Source: Nageia nagi (lineage: Eukaryota; Plantae; Pinophyta). Taken from it: a stretch of 64,000 bases of DNA. Each line of letters opens with the position of its first letter. Position 1 is the first letter of the stretch. Shown here piece after piece: positions 26,668 through 41,250 of the stretch. The stretch lies in contig JBITNC010000001.1 of assembly GCA_050084985.1 (NCBI GenBank), forward strand, positions 153,202,001 to 153,266,000, in the 5' to 3' direction. The position numbers and the translations under genes were made by a program. A model generated the notes under the pieces. It made no database searches. It was not told the DNA's origin and saw only the letters and a program-made list of their open reading frames with translations.

Positions 26668-27569
26668 CTGATATTGGATGAACTTTATGAAGTAGGTATG
26701 GATGAGGTAATTCGATGAGTAGCCCTCCCATATGAATGAGAGGATATTCTTAAATAATCACATGTTGGAATAAAAAGTAAGAAAGTGCTACAAGAAGGGC
26801 TATGGTGGGACACCCTCCACCATGATGCACACTTATATGCTAAACATTTTAATATTTTTCAATGAATCGATCGAACATATGCCCATGACAAACTCCTACT
26901 TCAACTTGTACTATCCTTACAACTATTTGAAAAATGGGTGATTGATTTTTTCTATCTGATATCACCTATAGCATGGATGTATAGGGTATGATATATCATC
27001 ATTGGAGTGGAATACCTTACTCAGTGGGCATAAGAAGAAGTGAAAGATTGTATAATATTAAAAATAACTATTTTTATATATAAAAATATAATTACAAGAT
27101 TCAAGTGTCCAAAAGAAATCATTAATGGCCAAGGTAAATATTTTGTAAATTATACTATTAATGAACTACTTACAAAGTTCATGATTAAACATAATCAGAG
27201 CTTCCCATATCACCCACAAGAAAATGGAGATACTGAAGAAGTGAATAAAATTCTTGAGAGAACATAAATAAAAATTATGTCAATAGGATGGTTAGATTGG
27301 AAGGAAAAGTTACCATCCATGCTCTAAGCATAAATAATATAAAATAAAAGTAAATAAGAATATACCATTCAAATTAGTCTATATAATCAAAGGAAAAGTA
27401 CGTATGGAATTCTAAGTTCCATCACTATGAACTAGACTCGATGAAAATAGATCATTATGAGAATGACTCTACACTCTTGAACAACTTGATGAGAATAAAA
27501 AAATAGCACTATATAATGAAATTCAAGAAAAGAATAGATAGAAATCATGTCACAGTAGACATATTGTCA
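26668..27569 (+). pseudogene. Integrase (zinc finger and core) of the Athila-like element, resumed after the nested insertion
   Basis: FEKWVIDF, ITRFKCPKEIINGQGKYFVN and FPYHPQENGDTEEVNKIL; the integrase C-terminal tail appears to resume at ~34187-34360. Confidence 0.85.
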
Positions 27570-30500
27570 TGTTACCATCTATTTCTTTATAACATTTTCT
27601 CCTATTCTCAACATGTCAAACCTTAAAATTTCAAACCTAGTTTCTTTGTTAAGTTTAAACACTCAAATGACCTAGGAATGGACCAGGCGATCCATACGAG
27701 CATATCAACATTGATTTCTTATTAGCACTCACATGGAAAGAATGGCCAAATCCATATTAGCCAATCATGATCAAATACCTTTAAATGTTCACTCCATAAT
27801 GCACATCCCATTAAGAGATGCCTTATAAGTGATCCCACCATTTCTGCTCATGAACTATGCAATAGACATTATGGTCATGACTTATTGGTTTCGTAATTGA
27901 GGTCCATACCACCTAAGAGAATGTACATCCACTAGGCTATGCATCCTCTTCCGATGATAACCCTCCAACTTTTAGGATAAAATAGTTTATTCTAGAAAAA
28001 CTTTCTTATGAGTAGGTAAACATCATTTCTAATGGAAATGTCATCACACTCCTATATGCTAACTGTAAGTAGTATGACTACTAAATTCCCCTCACTCAGT
28101 AACCATAGTTTTTTTAACCATTTCTCACATTTGACACCCTATCAAGGATATGAGACACTAAACTACCCATATCTATCAGTTAGGCTCACCATGGATTCTA
28201 ACATGGGGAGCCATAGGTATTGGAACATACCCTCAAGTGGTTTGTATAATCTAATAAGTTTTAGAAAAGATTATTAAATGAAACCATCCCATGTTCTATC
28301 AATCTTAGAAATAATTGATCATAGATCAATTATTAGGATCAATTATTAGGTTTTCTATGTTTCATGCTTGTATCAAGCTTCAAAATGGCATTTTAGTCTA
28401 AGATTCAAGGTAAATAAATCAACTTTCATATTTTAAAATAACAATTAATAAATTGATTAGCATAAGCAATAAGATTCAATTAAAACTTGTTTAGGAAGTC
28501 ACTAAGAATATTATAATTATCCCATATGCATGATACGATACATAAAGTACTTATTTATTTCAGCTTCACATACTAGAATCTAATAGCAAGCCTTGAGATA
28601 ACACTAAAGTCAACTACTTCTAACATGGAAGTGTAGCTTAAAGTGGTCCATTATCAAGGAATATTCATTTTGCATATCATTTAGTGATTATGAGCTTTCT
28701 ATATATTTTTCCTCATTGATGAGACAATTCACAAGTTCCATCCTTGGAACTTAATTCAATTATATGATAGGATTGAGCCCTACGATAATCATCTTCAATG
28801 TTTATCCTTAGATATTTTTATTGTACCAAATTTCATCCAACCTTTAAGAATCCTTTTAACTTAGAATCATTTGTTTATTTTTATTCAATCCCTTGAGGTA
28901 GTAATAGGTTTGAGCTGAATTTTATCTAACCAACTCATCAAATTTTCCCTTTCAACTAAGTATTACACATCACTTACTGTGTGATATTAAGTTAACGTTC
29001 TCTTCATTATTATTTCACATTATCACTAGATAACTCTACTTATTTTATTTACAAGAGTTTAGAGAACCTTGGTAAATTTGGTATTGGGACAAATTCAATA
29101 TTGATCCTATTCATGTCATAAGTATTTCCTTTTTTACTTATTTGTTTTATGATAAGTCATTATTTATTTCGTATGTTACTTCAGACCTTGAGTAATTACA
29201 AGGTTATTTAGGTACACCCAAATTATCCCTTTGATACATGCACTAGTATATAAGGATTAATAGAGTTGATCTCAAATTTCAAACCATACTTATCTAGTTT
29301 CTAAATGGTTATCTTAATATCTTAGAAATCTTTTCTCTTTGCTAAGTCAATATATGTAATGTAGCCTTTTATTATGATGACATTGGTAATATTAATGTAT
29401 AATTACATCCATGATTAATATAAGAAGAATGGTCTATCATAAAGGGTGTAGCAATACTTCTTTTTCATTACACATGTTGTATTCATAAATGAACATTCCT
29501 TTTTTATTATATTAAATTCCTCTAGGCACATATCATAGAGTGAATTATTGTTATTGAATATCTTACAAAATAACCATTGACTATCATCATGGGAATAATG
29601 TTTTAGGTAATTTGTAACTCCCTATCAATCTTCAATTAAGTGTATGGAGATCATAATCTTTCATATATGGGGTAACCCTAATTTACATATCATGGGGTCC
29701 TTCATTACATGTATCTTCTCTCATATATAATATAGGAAATTTTCTTCTCATTCTTGCATGGGGTAATTTATGGATTTCATAAAATCTTTATTCCTTAAAA
29801 AATAGTTCTTTACCATATCCATTATTCATACTCCTCCAATGGTCCATAGTTTGATGATGTTACATACTAAGAAATGCTTTGGAGTATTTGAGGATCAAGA
29901 CAACCCCCATTTTCTTCACCATAATGCATATGATTTCAAATTACATGATGTTCCATTTCTTTAGTTTAAATACCATATCTATGGACCTTGGGAGGTTTTA
30001 TACTCTATCTAGAACTACCTCCCTTCCTTAGTCTAGGGGTAACATTTCACAACATCAATAATTCTAAATAACATTCCATGATCTCTTATATATATATATT
30101 AAAAAACCTAACTCATATTAAAATACTTCATCATTTATTAGTTTTAAATTAAATTCATATCTTCAATACAAAATCCTAATCTTTACCCTTTTTAAAATTA
30201 AGATATGTATCGAACTAATAATCCTTTATCCCAATTTCTCATTAAGACTCTACCTCCACATTTTAGTATGATTACATGGAATATTATATTGGAAGACCAT
30301 GACTAAATTCCATTCATCCTTAAGAGGAATCTAGTGGGTGCATTGCATCCTCTATGAATGAATTACCCAACATCTTTGTGAATTCAAGCTCTCGGATTGA
30401 ATGGTTCACACCTCCAACAACTAGGATGAAATGTTTTGACAAAATGCTCTCTCAAAATGGAGATTTCAAAGTTGAAATTGGTCACAAAGTAAGGCTAAAA

Positions 30501-33500
30501 AAATACACTATATCATATTGTAAGTTATTTAGAATAACTAGATTCATAACACATACCTGAATCCTCTTAAGGAAATCATGACTCTTCATACTTGCATGCA
30601 TAGTGAAGTGAGTGGATTATTGGATAGAAGTATTCCTTGAGGCTCTCATAGCAAGTGTGAAATATTTAGGATAGTATGCCCTAAAGGATTAGGCATACAA
30701 GGATTATAACATAAGCCAAAGAAAAAATAGGTTGGAGGGGTTGGACAACAACTCAGGAAACGTAATGATGCATACAGGCATACAAGGATTATAACATAAG
30801 TCAAAGAAAAATAGGTTAGAGGGGTTAGAAAACAACTTAGGAAACATAATGATGCATACTACAGTGCATGAGGGAATTGACTATACACTACATCAAATTG
30901 CAAGCTCAACATTCACCAAACAAGGTAGAAATAGATAAGTTAGAAAGGTTAACAAGATCCCTATAAATTTTCTCATAGATTATGCCAACACTAATGCATT
31001 TAAAGGGCTTATTAATAGTTTAAGATCATTACACAATAAGTGTATGAAATGCCATATATATGCATTAGTGAATATGCTAGAAAGTTTACCCAGTAAATAG
31101 ACTAATGTCTTCAAAGTATCATCTCAAGGTATATAACATAGGAAAAGGCTTACAATGCTAGAATAACCATTAAAATACTCAAAGGATATTTATAAAACAT
31201 AGACTTATAGGCAAGTCAAATGTAGAAAGAGGGCTAGCCACCAATTCTATCCCTTCTTTTTGATTGAAGAGAATTAGAGCTTCAATGAGTGTTCTTCACT
31301 CAACATGATGGATGCTAGTGGCATGATAAGGTATTGAATGTGCCTATCTTTGAAGAATTGATAGTAAAATTTTCTTTCCTATGAATCCCCATACTAACCA
31401 TGATAAACTTAAAATAATATGTTTATTCCCCTTCACTACATTTACATAAAAAAAGTACAATCTTTCACATGTAGCATATCAAATGAATACAAATGATATT
31501 TTAATTCAAGATACCACTAATTTATGGTTATCAAATGTATTTAATAACATTACTGTAATCATTAAGAAAGTATTTATTCCATCAAGCATTGCTAAAGTAA
31601 TATCAATTAAATTCAAATAATAGCTAAACATTTTAGCATTAATAACTAAAATGTAAGGGAGAGCACTTGGGCTTAAGAGAAGAGGAACTTCTTTCTCCAC
31701 ATCCTCCTAGTTCAATGTTTGGGAGAGAAAAATAGTATTTTCCAATGGTCACCTACCTAGATATTTATAGCTAAAGTTGGGTATAATATTTCCAAGAATG
31801 TAATTATTCATCCAACTCAATATTTATTGTTTGGAAGGTGTAGGCATTTTATGTTTTTGTGGTAGGCCTAAAATAATTTTGTTTGTAGGTATTACATCAT
31901 ACAAAAATAATTTGGACCCTTTATATTAGGTTACATATTATTTCCAATTATTTTATGCACTTAACACAAGAAAGTAAGCTAAGTGGTGATCCTATCTCCA
32001 TTATTTTCATAAAATCCTAAAATAACTTTGTAACCTCCACAACATGGTAATAATCCTTTTTAACTATAACTTTTAATTTCACCCAAGTTTACTAAGATCC
32101 TTAGGTGAGAAATTTAAATTCAAATGAATGGAACATTTTGTCCCTCATACAAAAATAGTCAATAAATTTTGAAAATGCACATCAAATTTTAACATACATT
32201 TTTACCTATGGTGACCTCTTCATATTTTAAGGTAAATTTGTCAATGCACATACACATACAACATCAAAATCAAATTTTATTCTCAATAATTATGGTATGC
32301 ATCTATATGATCTACAATGGTCATTAGGGTTTATCATCGAATCAATGCCAATCATTTCCTCACTCCTACCAATCTATTCCTGTAATGAACTCACCCTTTT
32401 TCCTTGGCTCTCTAACCTGACTTCCCATATCAAGTCAACCAGTCAGCTTTGTCATAAAATCTCAAAGCCAACATTAAATTGATACAAATAATGGATATAT
32501 ACACTCAAAATCACTCATCTCACAACATAAATAATCTTATTCACATTAAAATTCCTTATGGTATTTGATTCTTAATAAGTGAAATTGGGTGGGTCATTAA
32601 ATATTATCCCCCTTAAAAGGAACATATTCCTTTGTGTTCTTTAATACAAACTATAAAGTTTCAAGAATGCTTTACATAATCATTCAAATAGAAAAGGAAA
32701 TTATTTTCTCATGGTAGATTCATTTTCCCAAGTGGAAGATGATTCAAAATACTTGTCCCACTAGACTAAACATTCATTAATCTCCTAACTTCTTAATTTT
32801 CTAGTTCTAAAAGCTAGGATCCTAATAGGGAGAACTACAATAGCATGAGGGTCCAAAATTTGCAAATAAGAAAAATCCAACACATGAAAAGGGTTAGCAA
32901 CATATGTTCTGAATAGAGAGACATGAAAGACATCATGCATATTTGACAAACTTGGTGGCAAGGTAAGTTTGTAGGCAACTGGACTCTATTTCAAGAGGAC
33001 CAACAAATTGAGGATTCAATTTGGTAGACTTTATGGCATTTTTCATGGGTTATAATTGTATAAATACTTTATCACACATAAAAAATTCTTAAGAAGTCCT
33101 CTTAAGATTAGCATAACTCTTTTGTCAATCGGTAGCTTCCTTGAGCTTTCATCAAATGAAATTAAGCTGATCCTCCATTTGCTTTAAGATTTTTGATGGG
33201 ATCATCAATCAATTCTCTTGATTTTTCCAATATAAAGGAGACATGCATATTCTTTAGTAAAGAGCCTCAAAAATGTCCATTCCTAAAGATGAATGGTATC
33301 CATTATTATAGGAAAATTTGATTAAGTAGGGGAAATCCTTCCATTTATTTTTCTACTCCATGTAGTACATTCTGAGCATATCCTCAAGAACTCTATTCAA
33401 TCATTTAGTCTTCCCATCTATCTTTAGGTGATATGATAAAATCAAGTTCAATTTTGTTCCCAATGCCTTGTGCAAAGATTTCCAAAAGATGAGGGTGAAC

Positions 33501-34186
33501 TTTGAATACCTATTTGAGATGATCACCTCAAGAAATTCATGCAATATGAAAATTTTATGGAAAAACTTATTTTCCACTATAAGGGAATCATTAGTGGTAT
33601 TTCTAGTTATAAAATGTGCTACCTTATTCAACCTATCAACCACTACCAAAATTCAGTCCTGATGGAACCTATTTTTTGAAAACCCAATAATAAAATCCAT
33701 CAAAATTACTTGCCATTTCTATGTAGGGACACCATGTGGATATAAATATCAACTTGGAAGCTAATTTTCTACCTTAATTTTCTAACATTCAAGATATCTT
33801 GCTACAAATTCTACTATATCCATTTTCATGCCATCCTAATAAATTTTTTATTTTAGGTCTTCTATCATCTTCGTACCTTTCGGATGTGCCACATATGGGG
33901 GATGATGGGCTTCTTGTATAATCAAAATTCTTAAATTCCCCTTATCTAAAATGAATAATCTATCCTTAAAATAAATATTTTTATATTTTTTAATAAAATT
34001 TTGGGATGATGGGGTATCCTTCCCTATCAATTTCCAAATAGACTTGCAATATAGGTCTTCTTGCTGTAAAACTTTCACTTAGTAAAATAAATCAAATTAA
34101 TTTCTTGTCATGGTATTGACATGTCATCTATGAGTCAAAGCATCAACCATCTTATTATCCTTCCCTTTAATGTATTAAACACAAAA
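27570..34186 (-). mobile_element. 5'-truncated chromoviral (Tekay/Del-like) Ty3/gypsy element: integrase, chromodomain, PPT and a ~5-kb 3' LTR (27570-32601)
   Basis: ORF remnants 33848-34078 (EAHHPPYVAHP) and 33401-33649 (VVVDRLNKVAHFI); chromodomain PIRILAFRTRKLRS..ECLV*WDKY..STWENE..FPFLFE (~32680-32830); PPT AAGGGGGATAATA then T(T)TAATGACCC; the other LTR end ...GGTAACA at 27570. Confidence 0.75.
30692..30860. repeat. ~85-bp tandem duplication within the long chromovirus LTR
   Basis: GGCATACAAGGATTATAACATAAG...GGAAACRTAATGATGCATAC occurs twice. Confidence 0.9.
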
Positions 34187-35249
34187 TATACTACTTGGTA
34201 AGATGCTAAAATCCTAAACACATAGAAGCAACATCAAAATGCATTTGTAACATAGTATATTAGATTAGTTAAGGTAGATAGTCAACAATTTCATTGGACA
34301 TTTCTTTTTACAATTTCCCACAACATCCCACACATAATACTTATTAAGTTATAAAGTATACAAAAGATAAATTTAATCATGGTATTCATATCAAAAATTT
34401 CCAAAAACATATAGCTCTCACATCCATAGAACAAAAATGATGCAGCATAACTACTTTATGATAATACAAAATCAATGAACCATCACCTCTGCTAACCATT
34501 TGATCGCTATCACTCACTATCAAGGTGATGAAAACTATATGGAAGCTCCAAAATAACTTTAAAATTCACTCCCAAGGATAGCCCTACTAATGCAACATCT
34601 AGTTCTAACACCATTGCCTCTTCCTGAGCTTTCTGATGGTGCTCTACCAACAACTACAACATCTATTCCAAGTTGATGTTTGAGATTCTTGCATATTCCA
34701 ACAACTATGTCATTTTCACTTCTAGCTCCATCACCTCAAATACATCAAAGTAGATCAAGGAAAACCAAAATAAAATAAAATGGCATAGAATTAATACTAT
34801 ACATAATTTATAGAGAAAAATTTGACTCCAAATATTAATATTGAAAAAAATTAATGGATTATTTAAAAAATCCCCCCACCCTTCCATCACATGTGAAATT
34901 AAAATTAGATGCAAATGGAAGATTTAAATGACCTTAGGATCCTAAAAAGGTCTTACTTGACATGTGTATCTAACCTCAAGAATCTATCCAACATGAGTGG
35001 GAGTACAAAAATTAAATCGGAGTATTAAATTCATATCGTATCTATATAATTAACAACATACCACCATCAAAATAATAAATGGATATAGTATACCACTTCA
35101 ACCACTAATGCATTCACTAATCCTACCAAGTAAACCATTATGCCACTGACCCACATGCAAAACTACTCACTAAATCATAATCTTGTAAAAAGGATAAACC
35201 ATAACTAAAAAATCCCTAAAAACCATTCCTCCATCAAAGCCATAATAGA

Positions 35250-38200
35250 GGAAGCATTAGGAGGAAGATTAGAGTTGCAAATCCATCAATGAAGGAATTA
35301 TAACTAGCATCAGAGAATATATAGACATAGGTTGAGAAAATGGTACCAAATTAGAAGCCATCACACTTGATAAATCAAGAGAAAGATATTTTGTAGAATC
35401 TTTGCTAGGCTACCATTTTATGGAGGTACTAGATGAGTTAGAAGGCATCTATGAATCCATTATGTATATCCACATCATGAAACTTGAAAATCCCATGATC
35501 TTAGAGACATATATGGATGTAGAAAGGTTAACACTAGAGCAATTACAAGTGTTTAAAGAAGTAAATTTGATGAATTTGATGAACATACCAAATGTTTGCA
35601 TTTGTACAAATGTGGTAAAATTCATATGCAATCGTTATGACAACAACATTCTTTGAATGGAAAGACCATACTAGATTATAGAGGAAGTGATAGATCGAGT
35701 TATTAGGTTGAAAAGGAGAGGAGTCAACCATGAGTATTTGACTACAATGAGGGCTATACTAAAAACAATGCTAGTTCAGCAACTTATGGGTGGAAAGACT
35801 AACACAAAAGCTATTGAACTAAAATCCATCATTATAACTCATATTTGAGCATTTTTATAAGAATGTACTACAACAATAAGTCCAATCACATGATGGTGAC
35901 CTAATTGATGTTGACTTACAAAATAATGAATGAATATAAGGAATTCACACTCATCGATATCTTTTTAGAGCAATAATGACTACATGATAATGCGATCAAA
36001 AGAATAATAAAGAAAAATACCACATTCAAGTATGGCACATTCTTGGTCCTCATTTTCATATACATTTTGCAATGATTACCCTTCAAACAATCAAAATCAA
36101 AAGTTTAATAAAGAGAAAAAAGAGGGAGAAAGTTATCAATATAATGGAGCAAATTGACATAGAGAATACATGATCGATTGTGGTGGTGTACAATGATATA
36201 CATGGCTGAGTGGTAAATTTAATAGCATGCGTAAGGAAGTGTGGAACATGATTCAAGGGAACATAATAATACCATAGAGGGTAATCATCAATCTTGAAAT
36301 GTATGATTTTTTGATGTATTTTATGGTGAACACCAATGAGATATTGCTAAGATGCACAAAGCCCAATTCATCACACTTGGAGGATGAGTTCCCCTACATG
36401 ATTGATTATAGTTAGTACCAAGAGATCATTCAAAAACATTAAACTAATAAGGAGGAACAAGAGGAAAATGCAAAGGAAATATAGAATTCCATCAAAACTA
36501 TGCCATTGTATTCAAAAATTTTGATAAAGAAAAGGGGACAAGAATCGAACATAAAATCCATAGAGGAAGAAAATTTATAGCTCCAATTGAAAAGGTAGCA
36601 TGCTAATAAAGGGATTGAAAATAGAGGATTAATAAACCCAATTGACCATCTTGAGATAATTCTAGAATGGGTGGCCAAGGAGGTCTTTTATAATCATGTA
36701 ATGATATAAAACATCATTGAGGAAGGAGCTTAGTCATCATAAGATACTCAATAGTATGAATCAATTCAAACCACTCAACCAATACAAGTAAGCTATGATT
36801 CCTCAACCCCATTCACTATTCTAAATTCTACCTTTATGTTTGTTCCTATTTCTATTCCCACTACCCCATTGATTTCAACACCAATAATTGTTACCACTTT
36901 CCATATATTATCTATGTCACTATAGAATAACCCAATAGAAGCCATCACCATCATGACCCAACCAAATGAACAAATCATAAATAGCCTACTGATATTACCA
37001 TGACACTTCATTAGAGCAAGAACAAGTCACCATCCATGGACTATTGCATGCCCTAACACATATAATGTACTGATTAGCCACTACATTGAACCCTTTAGCC
37101 TACCCATTCCATATGCTAATGTCATGGAAAACTAATGATATAGTATGCAAGACACAACCCATTTCTCAGTGCTTGACCACTACTCGATCAATGAAGCTAT
37201 AAATAGGAAAATTGAGGAATTCCACTAAGCTTCTAAATTCAAACATATAAAGCTCATAAGGAGTATCCAATCCAGTATCCTTCAAATCCAAAATTACATC
37301 AATTATCCATCCATCATACCCAACAAACTAACCAAGAAACTAGAACAACTAATCACCACCATCATTGCCAAAATCACCTACACCACCAACTTCATTGAAC
37401 TTCCCATCATACTCAACATATATTTACCTTCCATCAACCTCCATCCACATCATACTACCAAAAATGAATTAAAAGCCATTGTAACTCATGTGCAATAAGA
37501 TATCAATCAAATAAAGCAACACCATCATGAGGAGATAGCCAAAATAATTGACACACATTAGGTCAAGGTCCAAAACTATGAGGAAGAAATCAGTGAATTG
37601 AGAGAAGTACACCAATTTGGGAGCATGAGCACAAATATGGACCCACTGTAACTTGATATCAAGTCTAGGATGGAAGAATTCTTGATGTAGAAAGAGAAGG
37701 AATTGCACACTCTTCAGTAGCAATGGACCAATAAAATTGAATAGTTATGAATTGTAAAAGAAATGGCCAAAAACCTATTCTAGGAAAAAAGGCAAGAAAA
37801 AGTTGACTTGAGTGATTAGAAAAAATAACTTCAATAGAAAGTTGACCAACTCAAAAAGGGGTTAGAACAACTTCAAGGCATGAAAGAGGAAATCAATGGT
37901 TGATAAAAGAGGCCAAAAAAGAAGAATCATCTTAGAAGGAGTTAGAAAAAGTCCACTAAATGAAGCAGTAAGAGTTTTAGTAGCACAAAGAGGAATTGAC
38001 TAAGTGTATCATAGAGATTTAAGGTGATATGCAAATGTATAATGGTATTTTTGTGGATATCCAATAGATTATATATCAAAAGAAATAATGTGATTTATCA
38101 AACATCAATGAACAAATAGTCAAGCTCTTTACATTAGAAATGGAAATACAAGAACACTTTCCCATACCAACAAAAAAACTCCAAGAGATGAAAATGATTA

Positions 38201-38320
38201 ATAGCCAAGTACTATCCTTGGAGAAAAATAAATAATAATAGGAATAAGTGGTGATGAAAGTACTTGAGAAACTATAAAAGATGTTAGATCCATGCCAAAT
38301 AGATAACACAAATGGAGGAT
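35250..38320 (+). pseudogene. Decayed extra sense ORF(s) between pol and the 3' LTR of the Athila-like element
   Basis: Stop-interrupted frame VVKFICNRYDNNIL*MERPY*IIEEVIDRVIRL, then a Pro/Thr-rich tract and a Glu/Lys-rich coiled-coil-like tract; function unknown. Confidence 0.55.
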
Positions 38321-40111
38321 TCGCTCACCAAGGAGTAGATAAACACCATCTAAGGAATCCAAATCAGATCTCACCTAGACATACATTACTCATAAATAAA
38401 CCATGATACAAAAGTATGGATCCCTAAAAGAAAATGATACTTGGCTCAACATAAGTTCAGCCCCATTGACCCATTACGTCCAATTCTTAGCCCCTTCTAG
38501 TAGTAATTTAAATAGCCTCCTTCCAACTCTTCTACTAGCGATGTTGTAGGAAAGAATTATGTTATGCCATGGTTGAAAGTTTTAATATGAAAATTTTTAA
38601 AGGATGGATAATTTTATGAAAATTAGAAGATAGATATTGAAGGAAGATCTAGGATGATTTAAATATTTTTGAAAAAATATAATGAAAGTGGTCTCCCTTT
38701 TTGTCATGTAAAAATCATGAAGGTGTTAATAAAATTATTAAAAAGAAGGAAGTTAATAGCTAGTTAAAAATAGTTAAAAAATGGAAACATAACTGAAAAA
38801 GTATTAAAGTATAAGGAATATAAATAAATATGCTATAAAAAGAATCAATAATGAATGATAGAAGTGCTTGGTGACTTCCTTATGCAAATAGTTTTTACTA
38901 GGGAAGAAAACACTTCTCAAAAGAGACATCAATGGAGAACCAATTTTATTGTAAAAAATATGATGCTAACCATAGTCCTTTCAAACTATTTTCCTATTTC
39001 AATTTAGATTGGCACCATTTCTAGATAACACCTTTCCTCATTAGAAACCTTATACTGCAAACTACCTATCAACTAGAAGTAGACAGATGGAAGATGATTA
39101 TTAAAGAAGAGGATTTAATGATAATTATGGATGCTCATCAAATATTTTTGAGGATGAATGGGAATTTTTAAACTTCAATTTAGTTTCTCTTATTATCATT
39201 ATGAAACCCCTTGAGTATGGTTAAACTATGCTACTAGAAGATCTCTTTGAGAGCATCTCGATGATTTTTGGATCTGATGCACTCTTATGTATGGAGTGTT
39301 GGGATTGGTTTTTGAAAGGTTACCTCATGTGAGAGTGATGTTCAATTATACTTAATGCTTTACAAGGCCTTACCATTGTTGTAATAATACTCCAAAAGTA
39401 TTCCATTTTTGGTGAACTCAAATTCAACAACAAATCCTAGATCTTCGATGATTGAAAATGATTTATGATAAACTTACTAGAATTATTAAAGTATAAAAGA
39501 ATCCATTGAAAAGGAAGAGGAATTCTATCTATACCATGGCCAACTTGGACCTATAGAAAGTAGTTCGACTTCCCATCGACAATCTGTTCACCATTGCAAT
39601 TTAGTTGTTAAAAGAGGGAAATTCATATTCTTAGGAGTTGGATATCTATGGGGAAAAACTACTTATGAAAGTAAATGCCCATAAGTTATTTCTAGAAGAA
39701 GAATCAAAACCAAAATTGATGCTAGAAGTATTACAATTTTGGCCTAGTCCTACACCTTGAATGATTCTAGGTGTTGCAACCCATTAATGGTTTCGACATT
39801 CTTTTAGGGTTTTATCAATCATTTTACTAGTTCAACCACATGAGGTTGAAAGGATAAGTGATCAAATACCAAAAAATAAGGTTGTTTATGACTACACATA
39901 CTACTTTGTGACTAACAGCAACTTAGTGCCTCTAACTACTAGAAAAAGGTGAACTCATTATAAAAGAAAAACTTAGAGTTTGCTCTCAAAAATAAGAAAA
40001 AGAATCTAGGAATGAATGCATAGAGATTTGTTGCATCAATGGTTCCTTATTGGTTGTATAAAATATTAGACCCTAACTTGAGGGCAAGTTAGATTATTAT
40101 GTTGGGGAGGA

Positions 40112-40465
40112 TGCTAGCAAGAAAAAATTTCATTAAGTAAATTGATCAAATCAATTAAGTAGTTACTAAATGAACACTAATGGTTAGCTACTCTAACTAA
40201 AAGGAAATGACTCCTTTACTCATAAAATGGGACTAATAAGAGGAGAAGCAAAGATAGAGAGGAAGAATATGATTGAGAGTGAGTGAGTGTATGTGAGAGC
40301 TATTGGTGTGATCATTATATCATTGTAACTAATCTCATTACTCTCAATAAAATGATTGAACCTTTGTTCTTATATTTGAGTGTTTTTGTTTGCTTTCTAT
40401 TCTTCTCTTGCATTAATCTATCGATTCTAGATTGTAGCTATAATGATTGATTCGATCAATTAACA
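40112..40465 (+). repeat. 3' LTR of the Athila-like element
   Basis: Preceded by PPT GGGGAGGA; TGCTAGCA...TAACA; followed by TSD TATCA. Confidence 0.8.
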
Positions 40466-40470
40466 TATCA

Positions 40471-41250
40471 TGAGAGTAAGAAGGGAGCTTACCTTATTGA
40501 CTAGGATTTGAGGAGAAAGGTGAAGAAGATAATATGAATTCAACTTATTATAGAAGCATATATTAATAGTAATATGTATCACAATAAAAATCATGAGGTG
40601 TTTAAACTTGGGATCATTCATGTAGTCCACCAGATCTATCAGGATGTTAGGTTCACATGTGAATCCTAAATTTTAGCTCAATTGTATCATGATCTTCATA
40701 ATTTTATTATGGTACAAAAGAGGTGGAAGAGGATAACACATTCATTTTACTATAGTGTTGGTAATATATGTGTGGGTTTGTAGGCCCCAAGAGCTTCTAG
40801 TACAAGTAGTATCAATGGATGAAACCACATGGTTTTCATGGGAAAGGTATGGTAAACTCACTTGATAGTATGAAGGAGTTGAAGTATGGCATAAAGTTCT
40901 AGACAACCTTGTGTATGGTAAAATTTATTTCCAATTAGCTAAGAAATTTTATGTATTTATGGTTAAAATCAAATTATTGACTAATACACTACATATTTAT
41001 AGACCCTATGAAACCTTACCCTATTGGGTGAATGATTCCTAACCTAAATTGAACCTTATAGACCAGATTGTGTTATGTGACAATTTAGGAGGAGACAAGT
41101 GGTTATACTAATATGTAGACTAGTTTCTCATACAAGGAGATATAGAGCACATGATCCAAATATATATGATGTGTTTCCCAAGTAGGAGTGGGAAGCACCT
41201 CAATATGATAGGTAGAGTAGTGATAATGATGAGGAGGCTAATAATGCAAA
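40471..41250 (+). pseudogene. PMD ORF remnant, C-terminal part (continuation of 10540-10835)
   Basis: LTNTLHIYRPYE (~40977-41012; cf. W.PY) and PYRPDCVM*QFRRRQ (~41054-41098; cf. PMD H.PDRV.RQFG..Q). Confidence 0.7.

Larger units (their letters stand above)
10836..40465 (+). mobile_element. Old Ty3/gypsy non-chromovirus (Athila-like) LTR retrotransposon with two nested insertions
   Basis: Homologous LTRs at 10836-~11196 and 40112-40465; TSD CATCA/TATCA; PPT GGGGAGGA before the 3' LTR; gag-PR-RT-RH-IN order, with the Athila-type IDDDL..AHLF.V linker and no extra RNase H seen. Confidence 0.8.
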
